Positions 10,513 to 22,232 of a stretch of 64,000 nucleotides of DNA are shown here, in pieces. The position numbers and the translations under genes are program-made. This stretch comes from an uncultured Bacilli bacterium (lineage in GTDB: Bacteria; Bacillota_I; Bacilli_A; RF39; UBA660). The notes under the pieces were generated by a model. It saw nothing but the letters and a program-made list of their open reading frames with translations. It was not told the DNA's origin and ran no database searches. Location of the stretch: NCBI GenBank assembly GCA_944358305.1, contig CALVQK010000009.1, forward strand, positions 393-64,392, given 5' to 3'. Numbering within the stretch: the first letter of the stretch is position 1; each line of letters begins with the position of its first letter.

Positions 10513-10683
10513 TCATTCTAAGGGACATATATTACCACTTCCTATTCTTCTAATAGAACTACCTAATTTTCTCCCTGCTAAAATTAAAATTTCTATTAAG
10601 TCTCCAACATATTTTATTGCTGTAGAAGTAAGACTAAATCCTCCTTTTATATTTTTTAATTCTTTTTCTGTCAAAATTCGCAT
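10513..10683 (-). CDS. class II bacteriocin precursor peptide B (double-glycine leader)
   Basis: Hand translation gives MRILTEKELKNIKGG|FSLTSTAIKYVGDLIEILILAGRKLGSSIRRIGSGNICPLE. The leader is of the classic LxxxELxxIxGG type. Its ATG overlaps the upstream peptide's stop (TAATG), and its GGAGGTGA RBS lies inside the upstream peptide's last codons. This gene is not in the supplied ORF track. Confidence 0.7.
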   Translation of the reverse strand: MRILTEKELKNIKGGFSLTSTAIKYVGDLIEILILAGRKLGSSIRRIGSGNICPLE

Positions 10684-10838
10684 TAATCTTCACCTCCACA
10701 AGGTTCTGGATTTGTAAAGCCACTAACTACACCTACAATAAAAGAAATAATTACTGATATACCTATTCCAAGCACTGCTACTGACATACCAGCACCACCC
10801 TTAATATTCTTCATTTCATTTTTTGTTAACTTTCTCAT
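10683..10838 (-). CDS. class II bacteriocin precursor peptide A (double-glycine leader)
   Basis: Hand translation gives MRKLTKNEMKNIKGG|AGMSVAVLGIGISVIISFIVGVVSGFTNPEPCGGED. The GG leader is followed by a hydrophobic, GxxxG-containing core. A GGAGG RBS lies 7 nt upstream, and the ATG overlaps the upstream gene's stop (ATGA). This gene is not in the supplied ORF track. Confidence 0.75.
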   Translation of the reverse strand: MRKLTKNEMKNIKGGAGMSVAVLGIGISVIISFIVGVVSGFTNPEPCGGED

Positions 10839-11218
10839 TTTGACCTCCAACTATCGATTATCAAACTAAAAATACTCTTTTTTATATTAGGTAATAACAA
10901 AGTTGTATCATCACCATCTATCTTAAAATTATCTTCTAATTTTAAAGTCAAGATAACTTCATCCTCTAATTTTTCTTTATTTTCTATTTTATATAAAAAC
11001 TTCTTATTATCATAATAGAAAAAATTATTATCTTGAAATAGTAAAGTATCGTCTAAAGTAACAACAACTTTAATATAGTTATCATCTACTAAAGCCATAT
11101 TATAACTATTAAATGTCCATAATTTAACTGTATTTAGAAGATAAAAGAAAATAAATAGCAGAACAAAAGTAGTAACAAAGAATAAGTTCAAAAGACTCTT
11201 TTTTCTATAATTCTTCAT
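10835..11218 (-). CDS. small membrane-anchored protein, putative bacteriocin export accessory or immunity protein
   Basis: 127 aa with one N-terminal TM helix. Its start overlaps the ABC transporter stop by 14 nt. Homology is not recognisable. Confidence 0.4.
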   Translation of the reverse strand: MKNYRKKSLLNLFFVTTFVLLFIFFYLLNTVKLWTFNSYNMALVDDNYIKVVVTLDDTLLFQDNNFFYYDNKKFLYKIENKEKLEDEVILTLKLEDNFKIDGDDTTLLLPNIKKSIFSLIIDSWRSK

Positions 11219-13298
11219 AACATTTTCCCTTTTCTAAGTAAAAGACTCGATTAAATAAATCTTTATTATTAAGTCTATGAGAAATATAAATAACTATTTT
11301 ATCTTTATAATAACTTAAAAGTTTTTCTATTATTTCTCTTTCTAAATCAATATCAACATTACTAAGACATTCATCCAAAATATAAATCTCACTGGGTCTA
11401 AACAAAGCTTGGGCTAAACTAATTCTACTTCGCTCACCCATACTAATATTTTCTCCATTCTCTGAAAGCATTGTTTTAAGTGTATATTTCTTTTCTCTAA
11501 GTAATTTCTTAACTCCTGTAACTTGCAAAAGAACATCTTGATTTACCTTAGGACTTCTTGACAAATAAATATTATCTTTAATATTTCCCTTACTAAGCAT
11601 TTCTTTATTAGAAACATAAGTAATAATATTTCTTAGATCTGCTAAATTATAATGTGTTAAATCTATATTTCCTAATCTGATATGACCAAACTCAAGCGGT
11701 AAGAATCTCCCTAACAGCTTTACAAGAGTACTTTTACCACTACCTGAATTACCATAAATAAATACTTTATCCTTCGGATTAATCTTAAGACTAATATTAT
11801 TAAGAACAACATTATCTTTATATTTAAAAGATAACTTAGAAATAACAAGTCTCATATTATTAGTAGCATATTCATAATTATGAAAAGGCAATAACACTTC
11901 TTTTTCTAGATTAAAAATATCATTTAACCTCTCGCAAATTTTTCTAATATTCTGATACTTCAAGACAAGAAGGCTCAAGTTTTCAACATTTTTTAATGCC
12001 ATAAAAACAAAACTTTCTAATAATAAAAATGTTGATAAACTCATACTAGTACTAGATATTAAAATAACACCACTAATACCTAAAATTATCAAATAAATAA
12101 TTCCTTCTAAAAAACTTAAACTAGCTTTTACAATTTCACTATATTTAGCAATATTATAGTTTTCATTTTCTTTTATAGAAGTAATTTTCCTAATTTTTTT
12201 TAACATTAAATCTTCTAAATGTAATCCTTTAATCTTGTCATTATTAATAATTACCTGCTGCAACTTACTATCATAACTATCCTTTATTAAATAATATCTA
12301 GAAATTAAAGACTTACTTACTTTTTTCTGTAAATAGATAAAAAGAAATAAAAATACACTACCAATTAATAAAGTTATAGTTAAAAGATAAGATAAACTAG
12401 AAAAGAAAATATAAATAAAAACTAAAATAGCAATACTATTAACACAAGTTAAAAGTGACGATAATAAAGATTCTGTGAAAATATCAACATCATTAAATAG
12501 TGATACCATAATCCCCCTCTCTTTAGTTTGATAATATAAATTTGGAAGTGATAATAATTGTTTAATTAAATTAGATTTCAAATTAAAGCTAAACATCTTA
12601 CTAAGTTTTAGTACTAAAAGTTGCATAAGATATGAAAGAAGTGTTTTTAATACCAAAAGATAGGCAAAAACAAATAATAATATAGACAAATTATAAACTG
12701 ATTTAACTATTAAAGCATTATTCAAAATTACTTTTAAAGAAAATAAATTTAAAAGCTCAAGAATAATTATAAAAATAGTAGAAATAATTATTAAAATAAA
12801 ACTATTTTTATTACTAAAAAACAATTTATTAAATTCTTCTCTAATAATTTTTCTTCTAATAAATCTTTTAATACTTGCAGTTTTACTAATAAACAAGTAA
12901 TTACCAGTCTCAATTTTACTAAATTTCTCTTTAGACATTACTTTAGTACCAAACGAAGGATCTTTAACTGTAACCTTATTACGAACTACATTAGTAATAA
13001 CAACATAGTGATATAAATTCTTTGAATCATTTATTTTAACATGTGCAATAATTGGTAATACTGATTTCTCTATATCATTAATACTTCCATTTTTACCAGT
13101 CGCTTCAAAGCCAAGCGAAAGGGCTGTTTTCATTAAACCATACATTGTAGTACCATCTTCAGTTGCCATACTAACTTTTTCTAAATAATCACGAGAAACA
13201 TTAGAGTTATAATATCTAGCAACCATTAATAAACAAGCAAGACCACAGTCATAACTTTTTTCTTGAAAAATAAATTTTAATCTTTTTATTATTACCAC
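11205..13298 (-). CDS. bacteriocin-processing ABC transporter with N-terminal C39 peptidase domain
   Basis: 697 aa. The N-terminal Cys motif (QEKSYDCGLACLLMVARYY) matches C39 double-glycine peptidases. A six-TM domain is followed by a C-terminal ABC ATPase (GNSGSGKST, LSGGQ-like ISMGERSR, ILDE). Confidence 0.9.
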   Translation of the reverse strand: MVIIKRLKFIFQEKSYDCGLACLLMVARYYNSNVSRDYLEKVSMATEDGTTMYGLMKTALSLGFEATGKNGSINDIEKSVLPIIAHVKINDSKNLYHYVVITNVVRNKVTVKDPSFGTKVMSKEKFSKIETGNYLFISKTASIKRFIRRKIIREEFNKLFFSNKNSFILIIISTIFIIILELLNLFSLKVILNNALIVKSVYNLSILLFVFAYLLVLKTLLSYLMQLLVLKLSKMFSFNLKSNLIKQLLSLPNLYYQTKERGIMVSLFNDVDIFTESLLSSLLTCVNSIAILVFIYIFFSSLSYLLTITLLIGSVFLFLFIYLQKKVSKSLISRYYLIKDSYDSKLQQVIINNDKIKGLHLEDLMLKKIRKITSIKENENYNIAKYSEIVKASLSFLEGIIYLIILGISGVILISSTSMSLSTFLLLESFVFMALKNVENLSLLVLKYQNIRKICERLNDIFNLEKEVLLPFHNYEYATNNMRLVISKLSFKYKDNVVLNNISLKINPKDKVFIYGNSGSGKSTLVKLLGRFLPLEFGHIRLGNIDLTHYNLADLRNIITYVSNKEMLSKGNIKDNIYLSRSPKVNQDVLLQVTGVKKLLREKKYTLKTMLSENGENISMGERSRISLAQALFRPSEIYILDECLSNVDIDLEREIIEKLLSYYKDKIVIYISHRLNNKDLFNRVFYLEKGKCYEEL

Positions 13299-13417
13299 CT
13301 CCTATTATAATAATTAACCAAATTTATTTTTTTGCTCCATTATTTTGTTTATCAGTTATCTTGACAAATCTCTTAATATTCAAATGACTGTAATAAAATA
13401 AAAATAAGGTGGTAAAG

Positions 13418-13876
13418 ATGCAGTTTGGGAAAATTAGAGATTTAAGAGAAGATCATGATTTAAAACAATTCGAAGTTGCTAAAATTCTAGGCGTCAAACG
13501 AACTACCTACGCTATGTGGGAATTAGGCGATGTTAATTTTCCAATAGAAAAATTAGTAGAACTTGCTAGATACTTTCATACTAATGTAGAATATATGCTT
13601 AATCTAACCTCAGACAAGCGCGAAGTAATATACGAAAAAAACATAACTGTTGAATTTATTGGAAGCCAATTAAGAAGGTATCGCCTTAAATTAAAAAAGA
13701 CGCAACGAGAATTTGCAAATGTTTTAAACATTAGACAATCTAGTTATTCTTATTATGAAGATGGCAAAACTAGGATACCGACTAATAAACTTGTAAAATT
13801 AGCACAAACTTATCATATTCCTTTAAATTATATTTGTGGCGGCAAGAGAAAAGAAAATATAACAGTAAAATTATAA
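13418..13876 (+). CDS. XRE-family transcriptional regulator with two tandem HTH domains
   Basis: Two HTH_XRE modules (…FEVAKILGVKRTTYAMWELG… and …QREFANVLNIRQSSYSYYEDGKT…). An AAGGTGG RBS lies 6 nt before the ATG at 13418; the track's GTG at 13409 is the less likely start. It is divergent from the bacteriocin operon. Confidence 0.75.
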   Translation: MQFGKIRDLREDHDLKQFEVAKILGVKRTTYAMWELGDVNFPIEKLVELARYFHTNVEYMLNLTSDKREVIYEKNITVEFIGSQLRRYRLKLKKTQREFANVLNIRQSSYSYYEDGKTRIPTNKLVKLAQTYHIPLNYICGGKRKENITVKL

Positions 13877-13946
13877 AAAAACTGTTGACATTAATGATTT
13901 CTTTTCATATAATTGTAAATGTCAATACAAATTGATATTTACTTAT

Positions 13947-14020
13947 GCGGATGTAGTTTAATGGTAGAACCTCAGCCTTCCAAGCTGACTACGGGAGTTC
14001 GATTCTCCTCATCCGCTCCA
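13947..14020 (+). tRNA. tRNA-Gly (anticodon UCC)
   Basis: 74 nt folded by hand into a cloverleaf: acceptor gcggatg/catccgc, D arm, anticodon stem tcagc/gctga with loop cTTCCaa, T arm ggagt-tcgattc-tcctc, and an encoded CCA. Confidence 0.9.
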
Positions 14021-14031
14021 TAGTGAAATGT

Positions 14032-14052
14032 GCTCGAACTTTTCGAGTTTTG
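14032..14052 (+). terminator. putative rho-independent terminator after tRNA-Gly
   Basis: Short hairpin gctcgaa-ct-ttcgag followed by TTTTG. Confidence 0.35.
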
Positions 14053-14131
14053 ATAAATAACTAATTCAGAAATGGATTAGTTTTTTTGTGTTATAAGAAA
14101 CTATCCTACTCTAAAAAGAAAGGATGGTATT

Positions 14132-14413
14132 ATGGTAAATATTATTAAAGAAGAAATCTTAGTTGAAGAATCGTTAAAAAACAAACTTGAATTCATATGT
14201 GATTTTTGTAAAGTAAAATACACTATTATTAATGGTAATGTTAGAAAAATAGAAAAAACAAATCTAACCTATATTGAACCACATAGAATAATTATTAATA
14301 ACACTACATTTCTTGCCTTTAATTATTCTAATGACATATTTATCGAAAATTTATCTAATAAGATTAAATTATCCCAATTAGAAGATTATATTAAGACTAA
14401 AACTATTACATAA
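14132..14413 (+). CDS. hypothetical 93-aa protein, paralogous to the ORF at 24666..24938
   Basis: Shared motifs with the second copy (TNLTYIEPHRIIIN here vs TNLAYVEPHKVIIG there; C-terminal …LSQLEDYI here vs …LSELSEYI there). Both sit upstream of a serine recombinase, so it may be a recombination directionality factor or accessory protein. Confidence 0.45.
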   Translation: MVNIIKEEILVEESLKNKLEFICDFCKVKYTIINGNVRKIEKTNLTYIEPHRIIINNTTFLAFNYSNDIFIENLSNKIKLSQLEDYIKTKTIT

Positions 14414-14511
14414 ATATGTAATTGACAAATTATAAATAAAAATATATAGTAATACACCAATAAAGGAGATCTTTCTATATGATTAAAAAAAGTTATATTT
14501 GTTATTTAAGA

Positions 14512-14559
14512 GGAGTCAAAAGTATTAGTTTTAGTAGCTAGTATTTTTGACTCCCTTTT
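14512..14559 (+). terminator. long perfect hairpin with T-run upstream of the recombinase gene (a terminator or a recombinase-associated site)
   Basis: ggagtcaaaa at 14512..14521 pairs with ttttgactcc at 14545..14554 (10-bp perfect stem) and is followed by cttttttg. Confidence 0.4.
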
Positions 14560-14565
14560 TTGTAA

Positions 14566-16437
<1,872 letters not shown>

Positions 16438-16639
16438 AATGCGTGGCACGTTTTGTTGAACTTAGTTCAATGAAAGTGGCGATAGCAATTTAAAAATTAA
16501 TACTTTATGTAGTTTTATTTCTAATGCTTGCTTTTGAAATATTACGAAATAAAGTAAACGGATTCTAAGGTGTTAAACCTTAGCCCACTGGATATTTTGT
16601 ATGGTACGTACAAAATTCCTAGGGGGTTAGAAATTTTGG

Positions 16640-18025
16640 ATGTCAAAATATACTCCTATCAAAAGGATGGTGATTTATATGGAAGAACTTGCTTATTCAT
16701 TGCATTTAGGTAGTGATAAAAATAGGAAAAATATATCAAGAAAAAATGGTAAAAATAATATTAGTGGTAATACTTCTTTAAGTAATAATGCTATTCAAAA
16801 TACAAGACAATTATCTAAAGTAGATAAACATAATTATAGAAAATATGATAACGAACAAGAACTAATAGAAATTGTTAGAGGCACTTCTTCTCCTTTTGAA
16901 GATGTTAAAAAATTATATTTAAATGAATTTGAAGAAGCAAGACTTGAATATAACTCTAAACAAACTAGACCAAGTCGTATGATAGATAATTACTTTGAAA
17001 ATATATCTAACAATGAAAAGAAAGATCTTGCTTGTGAAATTATTATTGAACTAGGAGACAAAGAATATTGGGATACTAAAGATGAAACTTTTAAAAAGAA
17101 AATGACAAACGTTTATACAAAACAAGTAGATGATTTAGAATTGCTTATTCCAAATTTTAAAGTAGCTAGTGCAATTATTCATTATGATGAAACTAGTCCA
17201 CATATGCATATTGTTGGTGTTCCAATTAAATATAAAAATAAAAATGGTATGGAAAAACAAGTCGGTAAATCTGATGTATTCACAAAAGAATCTTTAAAAA
17301 CATTACAAGATAAAATGCGAACATTATGTATTGAAGAATTTAATCAAGAATATAATTTAGATCATTCACTAAAGCAAAAACAAAAAGGTAGAAATAAAGA
17401 CATTCATATATCTGATATGGATAATTATATTCAAATGAAAAAGCAAATTGAAAAGAATAATGAAAACTTAAAACAGGCAAACAAAAAATCCTTAGAATTA
17501 AAACAAAATTCTAAAGAAATAAAAAATACAATTGATAAATTAAAAATATCTAAACTTAATAAAGATAATTATATTTTATCAAAAGAAGATAAAGACTCTT
17601 TTATCGACTTTATCAATCAAGTTGATAGTACAAATAAGGAATATGATAAAATACAAACGCTATCTAACACATTAGTTAATGCTAATGAACAATTAAAAGA
17701 TAAGAATAATAAGATTAAAACTCTTACTGAAAATAATAAAGCACTTAATTTAAGAGTTGAATCTTTAAATAATATCATTAAACAAAAAGATAAAGAAATA
17801 TCTAGATTAAATTCTATTATTATTGATATAAAAAGTACTCTTAATTATTGGAAAGATAAATTTGATAAATTAATATCATTCTTATATAGCAAATTACACA
17901 ATTGGTATGATAAAGACGATAAATATATTGATGTAGTTAATGATATGCATAAAGATGATATTCTAGATGATGAAGATTTAGAAGATTTAAATTTAAACAA
18001 AGAAAAAGATGACTTTGAAAGATAA
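16640..18025 (+). CDS. Mob/Pre (MobV-family) plasmid recombination/mobilisation relaxase
   Basis: HxDExxPHxH motif (HYDETSPHMHIVGVPI), characteristic of the MobM/Pre family, followed by a long coiled-coil C-terminus. Confidence 0.7.
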   Translation: MSKYTPIKRMVIYMEELAYSLHLGSDKNRKNISRKNGKNNISGNTSLSNNAIQNTRQLSKVDKHNYRKYDNEQELIEIVRGTSSPFEDVKKLYLNEFEEARLEYNSKQTRPSRMIDNYFENISNNEKKDLACEIIIELGDKEYWDTKDETFKKKMTNVYTKQVDDLELLIPNFKVASAIIHYDETSPHMHIVGVPIKYKNKNGMEKQVGKSDVFTKESLKTLQDKMRTLCIEEFNQEYNLDHSLKQKQKGRNKDIHISDMDNYIQMKKQIEKNNENLKQANKKSLELKQNSKEIKNTIDKLKISKLNKDNYILSKEDKDSFIDFINQVDSTNKEYDKIQTLSNTLVNANEQLKDKNNKIKTLTENNKALNLRVESLNNIIKQKDKEISRLNSIIIDIKSTLNYWKDKFDKLISFLYSKLHNWYDKDDKYIDVVNDMHKDDILDDEDLEDLNLNKEKDDFER

Positions 18026-18033
18026 GTCATCTT

Positions 18034-20001
18034 TTAATAATTTGTCACTAATACTTCAATTGTTTTCAAGATATTGCCATTTTGTTTATGATAGTTAGAG
18101 TTATTATAATCACAATCAATGATATGAACTTTATAATTATGGTCTTTTATCCATGCTTCTAGAATATTGTTTTTGTTTCCTTTATGTTCAATAACATTTG
18201 ATAAAGCAAACTTGATACCTTTACTATCTAAAATTGCTAAATAATTTAATAAATCTATTTCATCTTGCTCTGTCCAACCGCCATTTTCATTGTAGCTTGC
18301 TGTTCCTAAAAAATATGGTGGATCACAATATACTAAAGTATTATCTGTTGTTTCAATTGCAAATTCTCTAAAGTCTGATTTTATAAATTCGATATTTTTA
18401 GTTTTAAGTTTTGTTATAAAATTCTTTAAATTTTTTCTTAAAGAATTATTAAAATCTCTTTTGCCAACTGGCATATTAAATTCACCATTAGAATTAAATC
18501 TAATTTGATTATTAAATCCATAAATAACAAGTGTTAAGAATATTAAATCTTTTTCGGTAGTATTACTTTTCATATTGTTATAATCTTTTCTTAATTCTAA
18601 ATATCTAGATTTATTATAAGAACCTAGTCCTTTGTCACTAGTACAATTATAAACTTCATAACCATTTAATAATGAATTACTTAATTGATATTTTTCAATA
18701 ATTTTTTCTAATGAATTTATAATAAAGCCATCTTCATACTTCTTAAATAAATCCATAACTCTTATTATTTCTTCTTGCTTATCAACGCATACAATTCTTT
18801 TAGCATTAACATTAACTCCTACGTTAGAACCACCAGAAAATAAATCAACAAATAAATCTATTTCAGTTGGGAAAATAGGGATTATTTGATTTAATAGTTT
18901 ATACTTACCTCCGGTATAGTTTAGCGGAGATTTAACTTTATCAATTATTGGAACTTCTTGTTTTTGTTTTTTCTTTGTGGTTTTTCCAACTTTGCATATA
19001 AATAGTCTTTCTTTATGACCATCAATATGTGTTTTACCTGTATTAAATTGATTGAAATCAGTTTCATATACTTTGACTTTACCTTTCATTCTCAAAGTAT
19101 TCATAATATCTTCATCACTAATTTTTGCTTGAGATCTACCAGCTCCTTTAGTTCCCATATTGTTATATGAAACAATTATATATTTTGCATTTATATTTTC
19201 AATTAAATCTTTAAAAGCAAGTGGAGCTGATACAGAACAATATTTACTTTTTATCCCATTTCTCTCCATTTTTTTTGCAACCCCATGAACCTCATTTTTT
19301 TCCCACATCGCAACATTTTCTAATAAATGATACGCATCTGAATATTGCCTTGAATTATATGGTGGATCAATATAAACAACATCGGCTTTAATATTTTTCA
19401 CTAAATCATTAGCATTCTCATTAAAAACTTTATTATTTTTATTATTTGTATTAGATTTTAAATCAAGCATGCATAACTCTAACTTTTTATCTAAATCTCC
19501 ATTTTTTCTGTATGCATCATAATGTCCAACTGTATTTGCAATTTTATCCATAGCATACAATAAAGAGGTAATAAGTATGGCTCTTTCCCTTGTATTTAAA
19601 TTATTAGAAAGATAATTTATTTCAATATCTTCTCTTATATAACCAATTTTTTTACAATTATCTTTACTAAAATAAGTATCACTAAAATTAAGTGAAAAAT
19701 AGTTTTCTTCTAAGTTAGAAAGTGAATTATATTTTTCTATATACAACTTTATTTTGTTTTTATCTATTTTTTCATTACCAAACCATGATAAATAAGATAA
19801 ATAATTAGATTTCAATAAATCATTAACATATACTTTAGTTTTTTGGTTATTAAAAAAATCTCCAACTATACCAGTTCCACCGAACAAATCCAAAAATGAA
19901 GAAAATTGAATTTTCTCTTTTTTCATAGTATTTTCAATGAAATCAATCATTCGTGCTTTACTACCTATATATCTTCTATTATTAATTGAAATTGTTTTCA
20001 T
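18034..20001 (-). CDS. fused double-domain N6-adenine DNA methyltransferase (two tandem Dam-like gamma-class domains)
   Basis: Two complete sets of motif I and motif IV: FLDLFGGTGIVG…VVYIDPPYNS, and FVDLFSGGSNVG…LVYCDPPYF. This two-domain architecture is typical of MTases of asymmetric-site type IIS systems (M.AlwI, M.MlyI, M.FokI type). Confidence 0.8.
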   Translation of the reverse strand: MKTISINNRRYIGSKARMIDFIENTMKKEKIQFSSFLDLFGGTGIVGDFFNNQKTKVYVNDLLKSNYLSYLSWFGNEKIDKNKIKLYIEKYNSLSNLEENYFSLNFSDTYFSKDNCKKIGYIREDIEINYLSNNLNTRERAILITSLLYAMDKIANTVGHYDAYRKNGDLDKKLELCMLDLKSNTNNKNNKVFNENANDLVKNIKADVVYIDPPYNSRQYSDAYHLLENVAMWEKNEVHGVAKKMERNGIKSKYCSVSAPLAFKDLIENINAKYIIVSYNNMGTKGAGRSQAKISDEDIMNTLRMKGKVKVYETDFNQFNTGKTHIDGHKERLFICKVGKTTKKKQKQEVPIIDKVKSPLNYTGGKYKLLNQIIPIFPTEIDLFVDLFSGGSNVGVNVNAKRIVCVDKQEEIIRVMDLFKKYEDGFIINSLEKIIEKYQLSNSLLNGYEVYNCTSDKGLGSYNKSRYLELRKDYNNMKSNTTEKDLIFLTLVIYGFNNQIRFNSNGEFNMPVGKRDFNNSLRKNLKNFITKLKTKNIEFIKSDFREFAIETTDNTLVYCDPPYFLGTASYNENGGWTEQDEIDLLNYLAILDSKGIKFALSNVIEHKGNKNNILEAWIKDHNYKVHIIDCDYNNSNYHKQNGNILKTIEVLVTNY

Positions 20002-20082
20002 ATTTTACATCCCCATTTCCATTTTCGGCATCGTATCTACTATTCAATTATATCAAAAAAAAAGAAGTATAACAACTTCTTT

Positions 20083-22113
20083 TTATAACTTTTCTAAAAT
20101 TTCTTTGTTATACCATTCAGGATCTGGAACAATCGAATTATATGCATTATCAAACATCATATATAACTCGTTGTAGTTTAATTTATCCTTAATAATATTT
20201 ATTAATATATCTGAATCAATTGGAATTATTTTTAAGCCATTTATGTAGCTTCCATCAGTTTTAGGATAAAATCTAGTTCTCATATTTCTAAAATCCAAAA
20301 TAACTCTTTCTTCTAGATTCGTTGCTATAAACAATGCGTAATCTTTTTCGTTACTAGTTTTATTAATATCTTCTCCTAAATGTCTAGATACAGGCTCCAT
20401 TTCCATATGTCTTTGCCCTGTTGATTCGGAGATGGTTGCTTCAATTAATAAATTATGTTTTGGATAACTATTTGTGTTTTCATATCCATAAACTATGTCT
20501 GCCATTCCACCACCAGCATGGGTTTTTGGCAAAAGATTGGCATCTAAACTTAAATTCATAAATTTCAATATATTTCCAATCCTACCGCTAACTTTATACC
20601 ATATTATTCCAATAATATATTCAAATATTGTAGGGACATCAGCATTATCAGTTACATAGGAAATAACCTCGTTATCATTTCTTGTTTTTATATAATTTAG
20701 TAAAGTTATTAAAGTATTATCATCAAATTTTTCATCAATTAGCTTATTAAATTCTTTTAATCTTTCGTCTTCTAAATAATTATTGATATTTGAAATAGAA
20801 AGATGAGTGTTTAATTCGTTATTAATTGTATCAATTACTTTTTCTATATTTGTTGTATATTTATCTGATATTTTATCTATTGGTATATATGAATATAAAA
20901 GCTTATTATATTCTTCTTTATCAGTTATTATTGGCTCTTGAAGTAAATCATCAATAATGTGTTTAAAATAATATTTTGGTAACATTTCTAGTTCTATTTT
21001 ATCGTCCTCAAATTTTATAATATCAGTTAATGAAAAATATCTTTTATTTAAATCAAAATATTCTTTAAGATTAACTTTCCATTTTATAATATGCATTCTT
21101 TCAAAGAATACTCTTTTAAAATCAATTATATTTTTTACTATGGATATATCCAATTCTCTAAACTTTTTATCAAATTTTTCATCTATATTTCTAATAGAAT
21201 ATCCCATAAATAAATAATTTTTCCAATGTTTTTTCGAATTACCAGTAATATTATTTACATAATCAAATAATTTTTTATATGAATTTTTTCGTTCTTCAAA
21301 GGTATTATGTCTCAAATGAAATATTAAATTTACTAATTCATTATAAACGTTAACATAGGGCAAATTATAACTAGTACTTTTTCTATTCATACTAATAATA
21401 TTCATAGTTTCTTCTGTTACTGGATAATCTTTTCTAAATTCTTCTAATGCTCTTAAATAATTATCCATCTCATATATTTTAGTAATTATAATTTCATCAA
21501 TATCAAATCCCATACGATTGTCTTTTATATTTTCAACCATTTTTATTACATCATATTTATTTTTGCATAATGGAAGTAAATAAGTAAATTCATCATAAGA
21601 AAGATAACCTAATTTTTCAATCATATAAATAAGTGCTATAAATGGTTTTATTTTAAATCCAGGTTTATTTATTGTTAGTTTCAAAAATTGTAATAAATAA
21701 TCATAACTATCATCATCAATGTAGAAAATGTTATTTTTAGTTCTTTCTTTATGTAATAAACTTTCTATTCGAGTTCCAATTTCAGTTAAATTTCTATTAC
21801 TATCTACCAATCCAATTTCAGCCAAACCCGATAACTTTTCTCTTGCATCTTTATCTCTTAACTTTGCAGTACCAGTTAAAAATTCATTCTCTTTTAAATA
21901 GTTATAATATTTAATTTGTGTTGGATACTTCTCATCTTTTTGAATATCCAAACCAACTATATTTGAATCGTTTATTTCTTCATTCCACTTCAAACCAGGA
22001 TTATTGTTCCAAAATTGCTTTAATAATTCTAATTGTCTTTCAATCTTATAGTTTAGCTGGCTTACTCGAAAACTAGTCGTCCCAATAGACCAACTGTATG
22101 ATTTAAATGCCAT
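20083..22113 (-). CDS. putative type IIS restriction endonuclease (AlwI/PleI/MlyI-family-like)
   Basis: 676-aa protein directly upstream of the double MTase on the same strand. Size and position fit an R subunit, and its N-terminal region resembles AlwI-family enzymes by recollection. No catalytic motif was verified. Confidence 0.45.
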   Translation of the reverse strand: MAFKSYSWSIGTTSFRVSQLNYKIERQLELLKQFWNNNPGLKWNEEINDSNIVGLDIQKDEKYPTQIKYYNYLKENEFLTGTAKLRDKDAREKLSGLAEIGLVDSNRNLTEIGTRIESLLHKERTKNNIFYIDDDSYDYLLQFLKLTINKPGFKIKPFIALIYMIEKLGYLSYDEFTYLLPLCKNKYDVIKMVENIKDNRMGFDIDEIIITKIYEMDNYLRALEEFRKDYPVTEETMNIISMNRKSTSYNLPYVNVYNELVNLIFHLRHNTFEERKNSYKKLFDYVNNITGNSKKHWKNYLFMGYSIRNIDEKFDKKFRELDISIVKNIIDFKRVFFERMHIIKWKVNLKEYFDLNKRYFSLTDIIKFEDDKIELEMLPKYYFKHIIDDLLQEPIITDKEEYNKLLYSYIPIDKISDKYTTNIEKVIDTINNELNTHLSISNINNYLEDERLKEFNKLIDEKFDDNTLITLLNYIKTRNDNEVISYVTDNADVPTIFEYIIGIIWYKVSGRIGNILKFMNLSLDANLLPKTHAGGGMADIVYGYENTNSYPKHNLLIEATISESTGQRHMEMEPVSRHLGEDINKTSNEKDYALFIATNLEERVILDFRNMRTRFYPKTDGSYINGLKIIPIDSDILINIIKDKLNYNELYMMFDNAYNSIVPDPEWYNKEILEKL

Positions 22114-22232
22114 AGTTCACCTCCAAAGATTCACTACATTTATATTTTAACATAAAAACAATCTAAATTAATTAGAATATCTTAAAATAACGACAAAAAA
22201 TGATATAATATTAGTCGAAATGAGGTGACTTT

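Noticed and set aside
13299-13417. Divergent promoter(s) between the ABC transporter gene and the XRE regulator (TTGACA at about 13364)
   Set aside because: A TTGACA hexamer is present but no -10 element lies at a proper 16-18 nt spacing. Without a confident -10, no promoter is called.
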